From the NCBI RefSeq assembly GCF_001194135.2, contig NC_069007.1:1662126-1726125 (forward strand): a stretch of DNA of 64,000 bases, given 5' to 3'. Every line of letters starts with the position of its first letter. Position 1 is the stretch's first letter. This DNA is from Octopus bimaculoides (Eukaryota). Position numbers and translations under genes: made by a program. Under the pieces are notes generated by a model. It saw only the letters and a list, made by a program, of their open reading frames with translations, was not told where the DNA came from and did no database searches. Positions 23,920-38,017 of the stretch are shown here, one piece after another.

Positions 23920-24355
23920 CATTATCAAGCTCAAGGTTGAATAAGCAAAAGCAGAGACCTGGTTTGTGGATATCCGTAATTGCATAATATTTTTATTTGT
24001 GTTGTTAAATGTTTTAATTCGGTCTGTTTTCCTCGCATACTGTTTTTCTCTGTTATATTGGTGCGCTACGGTGGATTATTTAAGACTTGGCTCTTATTTC
24101 TAGCAGGTAGATGCTCATTAAGCATCATTACGATATTTCATAGCTCGATAAAGCTATCTTAACTGCGTTCCACCAATGCTACTACTGGTGGTATCATCAA
24201 ATTATGAATTTATCCACAGATTATATGAACAGTAGTGACATCTAACTTCAAATCTCAGTGTTTGAATATTTCATTTAAATATATATATATATATATATAA
24301 TACAACTTATATAAGGGCATTACTATACAGTAATGCCTCACGCTTAGAGGGATTT

Positions 24356-24392
<37 letters not shown>

Positions 24393-25415
24393 TCTTATAT
24401 GTAATATATCTAGATAAACAGACAATCAGATATATAGACAGATACTCAGATTGATAGATAGATATATAAATAGAAAGATATATTTGTTTGGATCTTCACG
24501 TTGTTCTTACTTTATTATAAAATATAAATCTGTTCGTGTGTTCTTACATTCCTGTCGTTTCATTATCGATAGGTTACGTTTAATTTTCTGGGGTTTTTTC
24601 CCGGATTCTCTACCTCGTAATTCAGCAACTTATACGGCGTCGGATTCACCTATTTCTACTGTCAATGCTTGTTTGCTCAAGTTCAAAGATTTTTTCTTTC
24701 TTTTGTTTTTAATCAGATTTTGTTTCCTCTGTCTATTTTCTTGCAGTGAAAATAAACTTGTAGAATCAGTCCTGTTCTCTTTCTTACAAAATGTACTCAC
24801 AAAATAATGAGAATTGCAAAAAACGAAAACAAACCACCAGAACCCGTATTGAAACATAAATAATACAAACTAACCGTTCTTAACTTTTTAATGGCGTATA
24901 TGTCGGATGCGTATAAAATTTCGCATACATTCCAAAGGAGACATTGTCACGGAAAGAGGCGTGATTTCCAATGATAAATGTAAATGAATATTTGCCTCAC
25001 ACTTGACCGAAAACAAGGTAATGGCTGTATCATATTGCAGTATAATCTGGAAAACTTATTGAAGAGACAATGCTTGGAATATGTTAATATTTTCCCAGTC
25101 AGCCTGTTCAAATATTTCTGTTTGCTTCGATATTATTTTGCTATTTGCAAGCCAAGCTTTTACAAATGTCTGCTATCGTGTTTCACAAACCATTTCCGCT
25201 CCCAGCTTACGTTTCATGAATTTGCTGTCCGTGGTATGAATTTCGACGATCAACAGGAGTAAATAATGAAAATAAGGACAATAATAACAACGACAGCAAC
25301 AACGCAAGCAACCGCACCGATAATAAAACACAAACGACAACGAAAACAAACACAACTACAACAAAATGGCGGAAACGATAAAAACAAGAACGAGAACAGC
25401 AGTAATGGCAAAAAG

Positions 25416-25500
25416 CGACGACGACGATGATGACGACGACGATGATGATGAGCAGGAGGTGGAAGTGGGGGGAGCACGACGACGACGACTACGATGATGA
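25416..25500. repeat. (GAC)/(GAT) trinucleotide microsatellite
   Basis: Direct reading. Confidence 0.8.
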
Positions 25501-25510
25501 CACTATTTCG

Positions 25511-25665
25511 CACAAGGATAGAAATTTTGATGGATTTTGACAGAGATTTTGATTACGTAGACTTCGGTCCTGAATACCAATATTTAATTTTATCGCACAC
25601 ATTTTGATGAAACGCAAAGTTGACCTATGCTAAGCAATTCATATACTCCAAAGCATTATCGAGTG
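25511..25665 (-). mobile_element. Highly decayed family A SINE
   Basis: GCACAAGG..GAAATTTTG ... TTTTATCG...GATGAAACGCAAAGTTGACCT matches the reverse complement of family A. Confidence 0.5.
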
Positions 25666-25869
25666 CAACTCTATTATTATGTATTCTCGAAATGAGGGGT
25701 AGATAGACAGCCAACAACTGATGAAGGGTCCTTTTTCTTTGTTTATTTCTCCTGTTTTCCACGTTTCATCGTTGTTTACGTATTTCATGTTATTTGCACT
25801 GTTGGTGACGTTCTGTGACCATATATGCAGGTATATATATATATATATATGGGGTTGTGGGTGTGCCTA

Positions 25870-25967
25870 TATATATATATATATATATATAGATATATAT
25901 AGATATATGTATATAGATATATGTGTATATATATATATATATATAGATATATATAGATATATATAGA

Positions 25968-26000
<33 letters not shown>

Positions 26001-26470
26001 GCGAGTAAAAATAAATACAAAAAAAGGTGGATTTTTTTGTATGATTGTGTATAGAGGAATATATTATTTTGCTTAAAAGAGTTCCAACACTGTCTGTTTT
26101 TTATGTTTTATTTATATTCCTGCAGAACTAATGTGGGGTATAGAATATGGAATATACAATATATAATATAATATACAATATATAATATAAAATAAAATAA
26201 AAATGGATGGCACCATGAAATAAAGTATTGAATGTAGATGAAATATTGAGTGTTCAATATAAAGGATCAAATATATAAATATATAAATATAAATATATAT
26301 ATATAAAGGCGACTCGAGTTTCAGGGCTATTTCCCTTCGTCATGGCCGGTATGACAGTCTTTAACAGTCTTTATAGATATATGTATATATATATAGATAT
26401 ATGTATATATATATAGATATATGTATATATATATAGATATATGTATATATATATAGATATATATATATAG
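25870..26470. repeat. Two tracts of (TA)n-derived periodic repeat with recurrent TAGATATATGT (about 25870-26000 and 26372-26470)
   Basis: The second tract shows a regular unit of about 20 bp, ATATATATAGATATATGTAT. Confidence 0.75.
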
Positions 26471-26487
26471 GTGGGTGTATAGTATGG

Positions 26488-26828
26488 TCGCAGGCGTGGC
26501 TCGAACACATGGTTCCAGATTCATATCTGTCAAATGTCTTGTTCTATGGTTTCTGCCAACCAATGTCTTCTGAGTGGATTATGTAAATGGAAACGGAAAC
26601 AAGAATCTCGTTTATGTGTATGTTTGTGTATGTCTTTGTCATATTGCAATGCTTGGAAAGCGGTGTTGGTGTGTTTACGTTCCCGTAACGTAGTGGTTCA
26701 GCTAAAGAGCGATAAAATGATTATTATCTTAAACACTGGTACTGATTCGTTGAAATAAAATACATCAAAGCAGTACCTGAGCATGGCCGCAGGGCCGCAG
26801 TCCAATGACTGAAAAAAGGAAGAGATAA
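26488..26828 (+). mobile_element. Family B SINE, decayed
   Basis: Head GCAGGCGTGGCT, body GAGTGGATT..GGAAAC, mid GGTGTGTTTACGTTCCCGTAAC, tail GAGCATGGCCGCAG...ATGACTGAAA. Confidence 0.75.
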
Positions 26829-26856
26829 CAGATACATATACGTATATAAATACGCA

Positions 26857-26970
<114 letters not shown>

Positions 26971-27942
26971 CATATATATACACAATGTATGTATATATTG
27001 TATGTGTGTGTGTATAAATATACATAAATTGAATATATATACATGCGTATGTGTGTGTGCTTTTTGCATATATATATATATGTGTGCGTGTGTGTGTGCA
27101 TATATATATATATATACATATATATCTATATACATATAATGAGAGAGAGAGACATACAGAGACGGACAAAGAGAGGAAGAGAGAGAGGAGAGAATATACT
27201 TTTATCCGTTGTATATTGTTTGTTCTTCATTCCTTATATATACACAAATACACACCAAAAATACACACCAAACATGCATGCGCGCGCACGCAAATAAAAC
27301 ACAAGAAAAACAAACACACGATGGCTGATATAAAAATTTAAATTTAACGTTCATTTTCGAAAATTAATTTCGTTCCTTGGCAATTTAGAATTTCCCTTCT
27401 GCTTTACCAAAGGGAAACATTATAAAAGAGTCTAAAGTCATTTAAGTCTATAACTTTCTGTGATGGATCTCATTTTCCAAAATCTTCTTCATATTTTGTG
27501 GTTTATATAAAACTATGAACACTATCTCAGAATACGGAAAGAGTGCATAGTTAAAATGACAATGGACGCACATCAGGAAAGCATTAATATGTAAACTGCA
27601 TAGAAAAATGCTATTAAAAAATGCAATTGATTATTCTGAAATCACCATGGGTAATATAATAACGATGTGAGCTAGATCTTTAGAAAAAGGCCATATAACA
27701 TACAAAAAAAAATGTAAAATGTGTATAAATGCACAAATAAGTTTATATACAATATAATCCTCAGCATTTTATTTAAGTATATATGTAGAATATTGCGTAT
27801 ATTATAGCCACACAGTTTATATTCCATAATTTCTCATATGCATACACATATACATAAACGTATATATACATACACTTACAAGCGGCCAATATCACCACAT
27901 GCAAAAGACACACTCAAACTCACGTACGTGTGTGTGTGTGTG

Positions 27943-27982
<40 letters not shown>

Positions 27983-28443
27983 GTATATATATCCATGCAT
28001 ACATACACAGACATATATGCTTAACTATTTATATACAATTATATTTACATATTTGTATGTGTATATATATGTATCAAAATACACATGTATGTAGTATGTA
28101 TATATATANNNNNNNNNNNNNNNNNNNNNNNNNNNNNNNNNNNNNNNNNNNNNNNNNNNNNNNNNNNNNNNNNNNNNNNNNNNNNNNNNNNNNNNATATA
28201 TATATATATATATATGCCTGATAGTATTTCTGATAATATTTGCGTGCATGTGTAGGATGAAAAGACGGTAGTTATTAATACGAAGTAATTTGAATATTAA
28301 ATTGTATAGCACCAAAGGCTGTATAAACATTCCAATAAAGAACGACTAAAGCTACTTTATTATAAACACAAGCACACACAAAGACACACAAAAATCAACA
28401 CCTATACATATATATTCATATATATATATATATACATATATGC

Positions 28444-28475
<32 letters not shown>

Positions 28476-29062
28476 AAGTCTGTGTGTGTGTTTGTATACA
28501 GATTGAGAAATATACATAGGATGGGAGAGATTATGTACATATATATACGCACACATAGGTATATTTATAAAAGCATGTATTTGTGTGAAGACGTATAACA
28601 TGAGAAACACATGAGAACAATAGCATAATACAAAGGTGTCTTAATATTTCTTGCGGTCTTTATATGATATGATATGATATTATATTATATTATATTATAT
28701 TATATTATATTGCATTGTATTATTTGTATATATTATATTACTTTATTTAGTCATTTATAGCCAAAGCGAGGAATCTTTTGTTTGAAATTTCTTGTTTATT
28801 TTATCCCATGTTTTGACGAATAAAAGCAAAAAAAAAAACAAAAACTGTGTATAACACTCTTGATAATATCGCCATCATAATCGTCATCGTCGTCGTAACC
28901 ATCATCATAATCTGTTGAATATACAGACGCCCATATGAATGCACATACATAGTTCAACATACAATAAATACATATACATGTTATACACACAAACACACAC
29001 AAATATACACAAATGTTCTTACATAGGTATATCTCTTTTCCCCTCTCGCCAATTATACATGC

Positions 29063-29101
<39 letters not shown>

Positions 29102-29111
29102 NNNNNNNNNN

Positions 29112-29145
<34 letters not shown>

Positions 29146-29624
29146 GCATGCATACACATATGTATATATACATAAACACATACATATATACGCACACACG
29201 TATATATATGCATGTGTGTGTCGGTGTACGGAGTGACATCCTAATAGATGTGTATCTATACATGGCGGTTTATGTATAAATATGCATACATCCTCCGAGG
29301 TATATGTCAGTAGCCATATACATTCTTTTGAACCTCCCCCCAATTTGCGTTAGTTTTAATACAGATAATTTTAGCTATGATTATAATTTTTTACCTTGGG
29401 TTCATACTTATTCAAACAGGAGTTATTTCTACACGTGCTTTCGTGTAGACCAAGAAATGCATTCTCAGATATATGTGTTACTTTTTATATTTGTATGTGA
29501 GGTTATGATGTATGGGTGTATTATTACAGGCACACGTAAATACTTACGAGTGGGTTGATAAACGAAAGAGAAAAGGGACTCAACACATTTAGTAGACATT
29601 ACATGTATTATTATTTTTTAAATA

Positions 29625-29995
29625 GTTTAATTCCGACGTCGAGAGTTCCAGTTGATCCGATCAACGGAACAGCCTGCTCGTGAAATTAACGTGCAAGTGG
29701 CTGAGCACTCCACAGACACGTGTACCCTTAACGTAGTTCTCGGGGAGATTCAGCGTGACACAGTGTGACAAGGCTGACCCTTTGAAATACAGGTATAACA
29801 GAAAGAGGAAGAAAGAGTGAGAGAAAGTTGTGGTGGAAGAGTACAGCAGGGTTCGCCACCACCCCCTGCCTGAGCCTCGTGGATCTTTAGATGTTTTCGC
29901 TCCATAAACACTCACAGCGCCTGGTCTGGGAATCGAATCCGCTATCCTATCACCGCGAGTCCGTTGCCTTAACCACTGGGCCATTACACCTCCAC
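29625..29995 (-). mobile_element. tRNA-headed SINE, family C, well preserved
   Basis: Minus-strand A box TGGCCCAGTGG (29973-29983) and B-box-like GGATTCGATTCC (29929-29940). The 3' block GTGCAAGTGGCTGAGCACTCCACAGACACGTGTACCC is related to 23328-23626. Confidence 0.8.
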
Positions 29996-30759
29996 ACCAC
30001 TACGGTAATGAGTAAGTAAATAAATAAATAATGTAATTAATAAACGTACGTATTTCTAATATATGAGACCCCTCAAATTTATATTGAGTAGATCAAATGA
30101 AAAATTAAAGCATAAACAAAAATCCATTGGTCAAAATTTTCAGATAACCGCGTTCTATGGAGTACGCCTCGGTGATGGAAATACAACAACCTAGTGTAGA
30201 GGGAAATGGCGAGGGGGGGGGGGGGGTGAAGAGGAAAATAATTTAGGTGAAAACTATAAACTAAGGAGGGAGTACATCAAAGATCTCAACTAAAGGCATG
30301 GAAAAGGACCAATAAAAGTAATTATTAGTAAATTCTGACATTGTGACCCTCCCTCCTTATTTTATAACTTTCACTTCATTTATTTTCCTCTTCACCACAC
30401 TCTCGTCACTTCTCTCCTTATATTAATTAATTTCTAACGTATTGAATCGAAACACCTGTCAGAGATGATGTTCAATCTTTTGTAATTAATAAATAACTAT
30501 GTATTTAATTATAAATATTTTCTTAAAATATATTTAAACCCCGGTTTATCCAATTACCTTGCAGTTGAATATTAATTGTAATATTCAACACCTTCTTGTA
30601 ATAGCTAATAAACCAGTATATTCGTTGGATTTTATTATCCTTCAATGAGGCTTTTAACTTTTAATTGAACTTATATATATACAGAGAGAGAGAGGGCGAG
30701 AATGAAATATATATATGTATACATGTATGTACATACATATATGTATATATTTGCATGCA

Positions 30760-30803
<44 letters not shown>

Positions 30804-31450
30804 CATACAGAGAGAGAGAGAGAATGCCAACGTAGAATATTATTGTGAGCCATTCAAGAACACAAAAAAAAACGTTTGTGTCACTTCAACATTCAATTTT
30901 CATTTGTATCCAAATATGTTCATCGTTTTGGAACCGCGACCTTTTCACTGACAAATCTTGGCGGTGCACCTGGGAGAGTAACAGTTAGTTCATGATATAT
31001 ATGGATTGATGTATGTATGCATACATATACGTATGTATGTATGTATGTATGTATGTATGGGAGCATTTCGTATGTAAGTGTAGACGTGTCTGCGTGTGTA
31101 TATAGGTGTATGTACATCCAAATGTGTGCTTATGTACTGTAATGTATGTGTGTTCAAGTTATATATATAACTGTTACTCCGTCGAAGTTTGTATGTATAT
31201 AATTTCCTTTCACCACCGTCTAAGGGTAAATACATACAATGTCTTAGATACATACATGCAAATATAAACATACCACTATTTATGTAGAAGCACACACCAT
31301 CACATAAACACGTATACACACATGTATACGTGTAAGATTATACGTATGTGTGTGCATACGTGTTTATGTGATTGTGTGTGCTTGTACATAAGTGCAGGTG
31401 TGTTTAAATTTGCATGTATGCATCTAAGGCGTATCTATTCAACCTTAGAT

Positions 31451-31530
<80 letters not shown>

Positions 31531-31753
31531 TATATAATAATATTAGGGACAAAATCCAAAATTACAGGTAAAAAAACTCAATTTTTATGTGTATGTATAT
31601 GTGTATATAATATGTATATATATATATACACACTCGAGAAACAGTTATATATACAACATTCACAAGTACATACATATACACACGACTACACACATAACTG
31701 AAGACTCTCATACATTGATAAACACATACCACACCCGTATGTGCGTATACCTA

Positions 31754-31982
<229 letters not shown>

Positions 31983-34900
31983 TATTATTACGTTTCTATT
32001 GACCAAACGCACGCAGCGACTTTTCACAGTTTCGCTGCATATTTACTACAAGTAATTGCCATACACTACGCACGGAAAATACAACGACGCGGAAGAGAGA
32101 AAATGATAAAAGTCAATCTATCCATTCACAATGAATTTACCATAAAAATGACAGTTAGTTATATAGAAACTATGAAATCAAAATTCTATCACAATGCCGA
32201 ATATAAACGTACAAAATACATAATTTCTTTGCAAACACTAAAAATGCGGGATTGACGTCGTAGAGATATAACAAGCAAATTCCGTGCCGGATCACGAAAA
32301 ATGCTAAATGTTAAATTCCGAGGGGATAAGTAGCAAAACTATGTCATCCACTACGAAACAAACAACATCAACGCTTAATATATTGAAGATGAGGGTTATA
32401 CAGGCTGGAAATGCTAAGGAAATAAATTTAGGGAATGTAAGTGAAAAGGATAGAAAAAGGATAGAAGGATACTATTTAAGCTTAAATTCATTTCTAATAT
32501 AACATCTAAAAGTAAGTTACTTCCATACGCATACATACATACATACACTCACACAATGTATATATGTACGTATGCATAATTCTTAAACAAAAATGTTGAT
32601 AGTAGGTTTGTAGTTACGGCCAGTTAAGCAATATGTTTCCACTCGATGAAATATCTATTAGAAATTTGTAGCCGGACAATGGCTGAACAGGCCAAAACGC
32701 AGAAATCACTATCGACAAAATTGTTATTTAAGAAAGACAACTTTCTACAATACAGAAACATAGAGTAACGCATCAGGTTTACGTAAAATTGTTTTTATCA
32801 TAACTGAACGCAAAAACAAACATTAACACACAAGCACATGCACATGCACAAACTTATTGATGCATGTATGTGTGTGTGTGCATGTGTGTGTGCATGTGTG
32901 TGTGCATGTGTGTGTGCGTGAGTTCATGTAGGTATGTGCTGAAGCAGGGAAAGAGATGGGAAGTGAGACAGAGAGATAGAAGGAAAGAGATGGGGAGGGA
33001 AGTCGCATAATAAATATTTGTTGATTTTATTTTGAAGCAGGAACATTGCAAGTTGAAAGTTTAACACTCTCGATTCTCATACAAATGCGAAAATATGACA
33101 GCATGTCAATTAACCTAATATAACGAAAGATCGAAATGCCAAATTGATAGTGTTAAGTTCCGGAAATTCAGTTTAGAAATTTAACAGAATTTGATGTGTT
33201 AGCGCTTATAGAATTCCATGTAAGAAATAACGCATACATACCATCGACATTTCTGTAACACGTGGGGTGCAGTGATCCACCCAACTTCCATTTTTTAAAA
33301 AATTGTTGTTAATACGTGAAACTATTGGTAGTGTCCATTTCTGTTTAAAACTCACTATGAAGTAATCATTATCATTCTTCAAGAATATTCATTTTCTTCA
33401 CTTTTTTTCTCTTCTATAGCAGGATACAAATTCATATACATACACCGATACTTAGGTTCGTATATACAAGATGTATAGGAAGAAAAACATTTACATACTC
33501 ATATGCAGGCATACAAACACCCATTCCGTGTATATACGCATGCGTGTGTCCGTGAGACAATGTCTGTAAGAATGTTTCAAATGCATCGCAAACAATGTTC
33601 TTTGCGAAGTCTATGAAAAATGTCTCAACAGATCTGGTTAAGATTTGAGTGATAATATAAAAGTTTATGCAAACATGTAGAGGCATACACACTATCAATC
33701 AAGCAAGTACGTTTATATTCAGAGGCACACACGAACGACAGACAGACAGATAGACACCCAATATACATACATAGGATCATAAGCGTATTTAATATATATA
33801 TATATATANNNNNNNNNNNNNNNNNNNNNNNNNNNNNNNNNNNNNNNNNNNNNNNNNNNNNNNNNNNNNNNNNNNNNNNNNNNNNNNNNNNNNNNNNNNN
33901 NNNNNNNNNNNNNNNNNNNNNNNNNNNNNNNNNNNNNNNNNNNNNNNNNNNNNNNNNNNNNNNNNNNNNNNNNNNNNNNNNNNNNNNNNNNNNNNNNNNN
34001 NNNNNNNNNNNNNNNNNNNNNNNNNNNNNNNNNNNNNNNNNNNNNNNNNNNNNNNNNNNNNNNNNNNNNNNNNNNNNNNNNNNNNNNNNNNNNNNNNNNN
34101 NNNNNNNNNNNNNNNNNNNNNNNNNNNNNNNNNNNNNNNNNNNNNNNNNNNNNNNNNNNNNNNNNNNNNNNNNNNNNNNNNNNNNNNNNNNNNNNNNNNN
34201 NNNNNNNNNNNNNNNNNNNNNNNNNNNNNNNNNNNNNNNNNNNNNNNNNNNNNNNNNNNNNNNNNNNNNNNNNNNNNNNNNNNNNNNNNNNNNNNNNNNN
34301 NNNNNNNNNNNNNNNNNNNNNNNNNNNNNNNNNNNNNNNNNNNNNNNNNNNNNNNNNNNNNNNNNNNNNNNNNNNNNNNNNNNNNNNNNNNNNNNNNNNN
34401 NNNNNNNNNNNNNNNNNNNNNNNNNNNNNNNNNNNNNNNNNNNNNNNNNNNNNNNNNNNNNNNNNNNNNNNNNNNNNNNNNNNNNNNNNNNNNNNNNNNN
34501 NNNNNNNNNNNNNNNNNNNNNNNNNNNNNNNNNNNNNNNNNNNNNNNNNNNNNNNNNNNNNNNNNNNNNNNNNNNNNNNNNNNNNNNNNNNNNNNNNNNN
34601 NNNNNNNNNNNNNNNNNNNNNNNNNNNNNNNNNNNNNGATGCGTGCATACACAGATCATGTAATGTCTGTTTTGTTTCCAATTCTTCAGTTCACTTTTGG
34701 TTAAAAAAAAAAAAACGTTTGTTAAAGATAAGAAAATATATTCGAATATTTTTTTTTCCCCTTTTTACACGTCTTTAATTAGTTTTCTTGCCGTCGCTCT
34801 TTCTATATTGAAGCAACAATACTTCACATCAAGTAGATGGTATGAGATAGCATCCACCTTAGAATCACGTACTAGACTCACTTCCAATTGCAGTCTAGTT

Positions 34901-35291
34901 TTATTGAATTTTTATTGAATTCAAGTTTTGTATCATTATGATCGTCTTGTTAATGACAGATCAACCATCGTTTTGTACGATCAGCTTTCGGTTTTTGAAC
35001 TACGTATACTTTTAATTCTTTTACTGAATTATTGAGCACATAGTTGAGTATACTGAAGACATGTGTAAAATTCACAGTAAAACTAAATGCATGTGACAAT
35101 AGACAGGATTTTCGTACTACAGGTAGGTTTCATCGGACAGTTTTACCCCATTCTTTCTATCTCTCCACATTTCCCAAATATAGGCGCAGGCTTCCGAAAC
35201 ACATAGATGTCTGTTTAGTGCCACTGCATGACTAATTGAGCAAGTGTCTTCTACTATAATGTTGGGGCGTCCAAAGCCTTTATATACACAC

Positions 35292-35560
35292 ACAAAAATA
35301 GGAGGAATGACCAGCAAAAGTGGACTCCTATATGCTAAAAATAGATGCCGAATCATCTAACCTCGAAAAATATGTTCTCAGTAAAAACTTAGCGACACGT
35401 ATTTTTCGTGGTTAGATGATTCGGCATCTATTTCTAGCAAAAAGGAGTCCACTTTTGCTGGTCATTCCTCTTATTTTTGTATGTAATATCATTTTAATCT
35501 TCGGATTTTTTTAATATGCTAGACAACTGGTTTTAATTGATTAATATCAATTTCTACCCT
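35292..35560 (+). mobile_element. Asymmetric palindromic element, copy 2
   Basis: 81-bp arms (35292-35372 / 35400-35480, 5 mismatches) plus the same one-sided tail as copy 1, ending ATCAATTTCTACCCT. Confidence 0.85.
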
Positions 35561-35561
35561 T

Positions 35562-35598
<37 letters not shown>

Positions 35599-35790
35599 TC
35601 TTTTATTCTCTTATTTCACCGCGGTCATGCTGGAACACCGCCTTTAGTTGCACAAATCTACCCCAGGACTTATTCTTTGTAGGCCTGGTACTTATTTTAT
35701 TGGTGTCTTTTGCCGGACCGCTAATTTACGGGGACGTAAACACAACGACATCGCTTGTCAAGCGATGGACAAACACAAACGCTCAAGCAT
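35599..35790 (-). mobile_element. 3' half of a family B SINE
   Basis: TTCTTTTATTCTCTTATTTCACCGCGGTCATGCTGGAACACCGCCTTT is the reverse complement of the family B tail, followed by the body block CCGCTAATTTACGGGGACGTAAAC. Confidence 0.75.
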
Positions 35791-36271
35791 ATCCTTCTCT
35801 ATGTATGTATATAGAGAATAATTACTGGAGTCCAGCCATTCCACTAAAAGTTCTTCAATATGGTGCCCCAGGGTGGCGCTAGTCTAACGACCGAAACAAG
35901 TAACAACATACGTAAATACCCACCTTTATTGATCTACCTAAAATATGAAAACCTTTCTCGGGAGGACGCCATCATATGAGGATTTCGGCAACAACTCTCT
36001 AATTACGCATTTATATCTGCTGGATATTTCCAACATAGCTTATATCAAACATTAACTGATAAATGCTTTTATCATTATTATTATTACAAGTTACATTGCA
36101 ATGAACTGCCGCGCCTGGGCGCACACTCACTACCATGCTTGGATTATCGGAATTTAGTAACTTCAAATGGAAATAAATTTTCGGTAACAGCAGAACTCGA
36201 ATGAAATGAAGCGACAAATAAATATTGTGTGTAAAATAATGGGTAATATAACAAAAAAAAAAAATTCCACG

Positions 36272-36529
36272 ATCGGGAGAGCGTGATTTCAATTCCTACA
36301 CCGGGTAGTGTGTTGTGTTCTTGAGCAAAACACTTCATCTGGAATTGCTCTGCAATCAGTTCGACAAATGACGCCTGGTACACCTGTGCAGACAATGTCG
36401 TTTGGACGGAGAGGGTACGCCAATGTGTGGCACGAACATTTCGCCACTAAAAACAAGAAATCATTTGTGCAGGTCCTACGGCAAAAAGCTGAACCTAAAA
36501 TACCGTCCCGCCCTCGACGGGTTTGTCCG

Positions 36530-36530
<1 letters not shown>
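36272..36530 (+). mobile_element. tRNA-headed SINE-like element with CORE/V-like block
   Basis: Decayed B box (GATTTCAATTCC) followed by GTGTTCTTGAGCAAAACACTTCAT..TTGCTC. Family not resolved. Confidence 0.5.
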
Positions 36531-36571
<41 letters not shown>

Positions 36572-36589
36572 TGTTGTCTAAATCAATAA

Positions 36590-36828
36590 TATTCTTTTCT
36601 ACTCAAGGTACAAGGTCCGAAATTTTGGGGGAGGGGCCAGTCGATTAGATTGACCTCAGTAAGCAACTAGTATTTAATTTATCGACCCCGGAAAAATGAA
36701 ACACAAAGTCGACCCGGCGGAATTTGAACTCTGAACGAAATGGCAGGCGAAANNNNNNNNNNNNNNNNNNNNNNNNNNNNNNNNNNNNNNNNNNNNNNNN
36801 NNNNNNNNNATGCCAACTCGCTGCCTTC
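36590..36828 (-). mobile_element. Family A SINE spanning a 57-N gap
   Basis: TTTATCGACCCCGG..ATGAAACACAAAGTCGACCCGGCGGAATTTGAACTC, with the head remnant GCCAACTCGCTGCC after the gap. Confidence 0.8.
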
Positions 36829-36875
36829 TAATTCAAAATATTGTCACAATGATATTCATGTTGGCACTCGCGCGC

Positions 36876-36934
<59 letters not shown>

Positions 36935-37361
36935 CACAATAGCATTCAGGACTATACTGTTTATGCTGTTTTAATGGCAGTGGAAGAACGTTATTGTCGG
37001 ATTAGAACTCATCTGTTTTTGATTCCGTTGTGAAATTCGTAAAAAAACAAAAAAAACACATGCATACGCATCCCATTCTAGTTCGCTTCGAACTCAAATT
37101 TACACACATGGCCTCTCAACTTTCCGTTGATGAGTTTTATAGCACGTATGCGTTTCCATACTGTGAAATCAATAGACATCATATTTCCGTAACGTCTTTC
37201 TTCAAATTCTATGAGACATAATCGAATTTTACAATGCTTAATATTATTCACTACGTTTTCTGATGATAAGATAAAATATTCTAATGCAATATCAATGTTT
37301 TCCTCATATTTTATTGTACCTTTACATTGTAGTTTTATTCCCATATAATTTAATATAATAT

Positions 37362-37392
<31 letters not shown>

Positions 37393-37557
37393 GGAATATG
37401 GATATAATAATATTAATAATAATAATGTGTAATTACCTCATTTCATTTCTCCATCTATTACTTTTTCTTTCGTTTTCATCTTTACTTTCTGGCAAATTCG
37501 GTCTCCATTAAACTGTATGTATATAATTTCACTGAATGTTCTTGCTAAGGAATTACG

Positions 37558-37596
37558 TCTCTCTCTCTCTCTCTCTTTCTCTTTCTCTCTCTCTCT

Positions 37597-37683
<87 letters not shown>

Positions 37684-37972
37684 ATTTGACATCACCACCG
37701 TCCTCTTTTTGGTTTTTTGGTTTCCTTGGTGCCGTTGTTACTTCTTCTCCTCCGTATCCTCAGTTTCCTCCTTCGCCTCCTTTTCCTCTTCCTCCCTCTC
37801 CTCCTTCTCCTCCCCATCACCATCAAAACTGCCATCATTCTCCTCATTTTCATCGCCATCATCACCACTAAAATCATGATTCTCCGTTTCCTCCTCTTAC
37901 GCCTCTCACCATCTCTCCACCCCATTATCATCATCACCATCAACATCATTTTCGACGTCTTCATCATCATCG

Positions 37973-38017
<45 letters not shown>
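37558..38017. repeat. (CT)n run (37558-37681) followed by TCC/CAT low-complexity sequence and (TTA)n
   Basis: Direct reading. Explains the spurious poly-SL, RE and RM ORFs. Confidence 0.9.
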
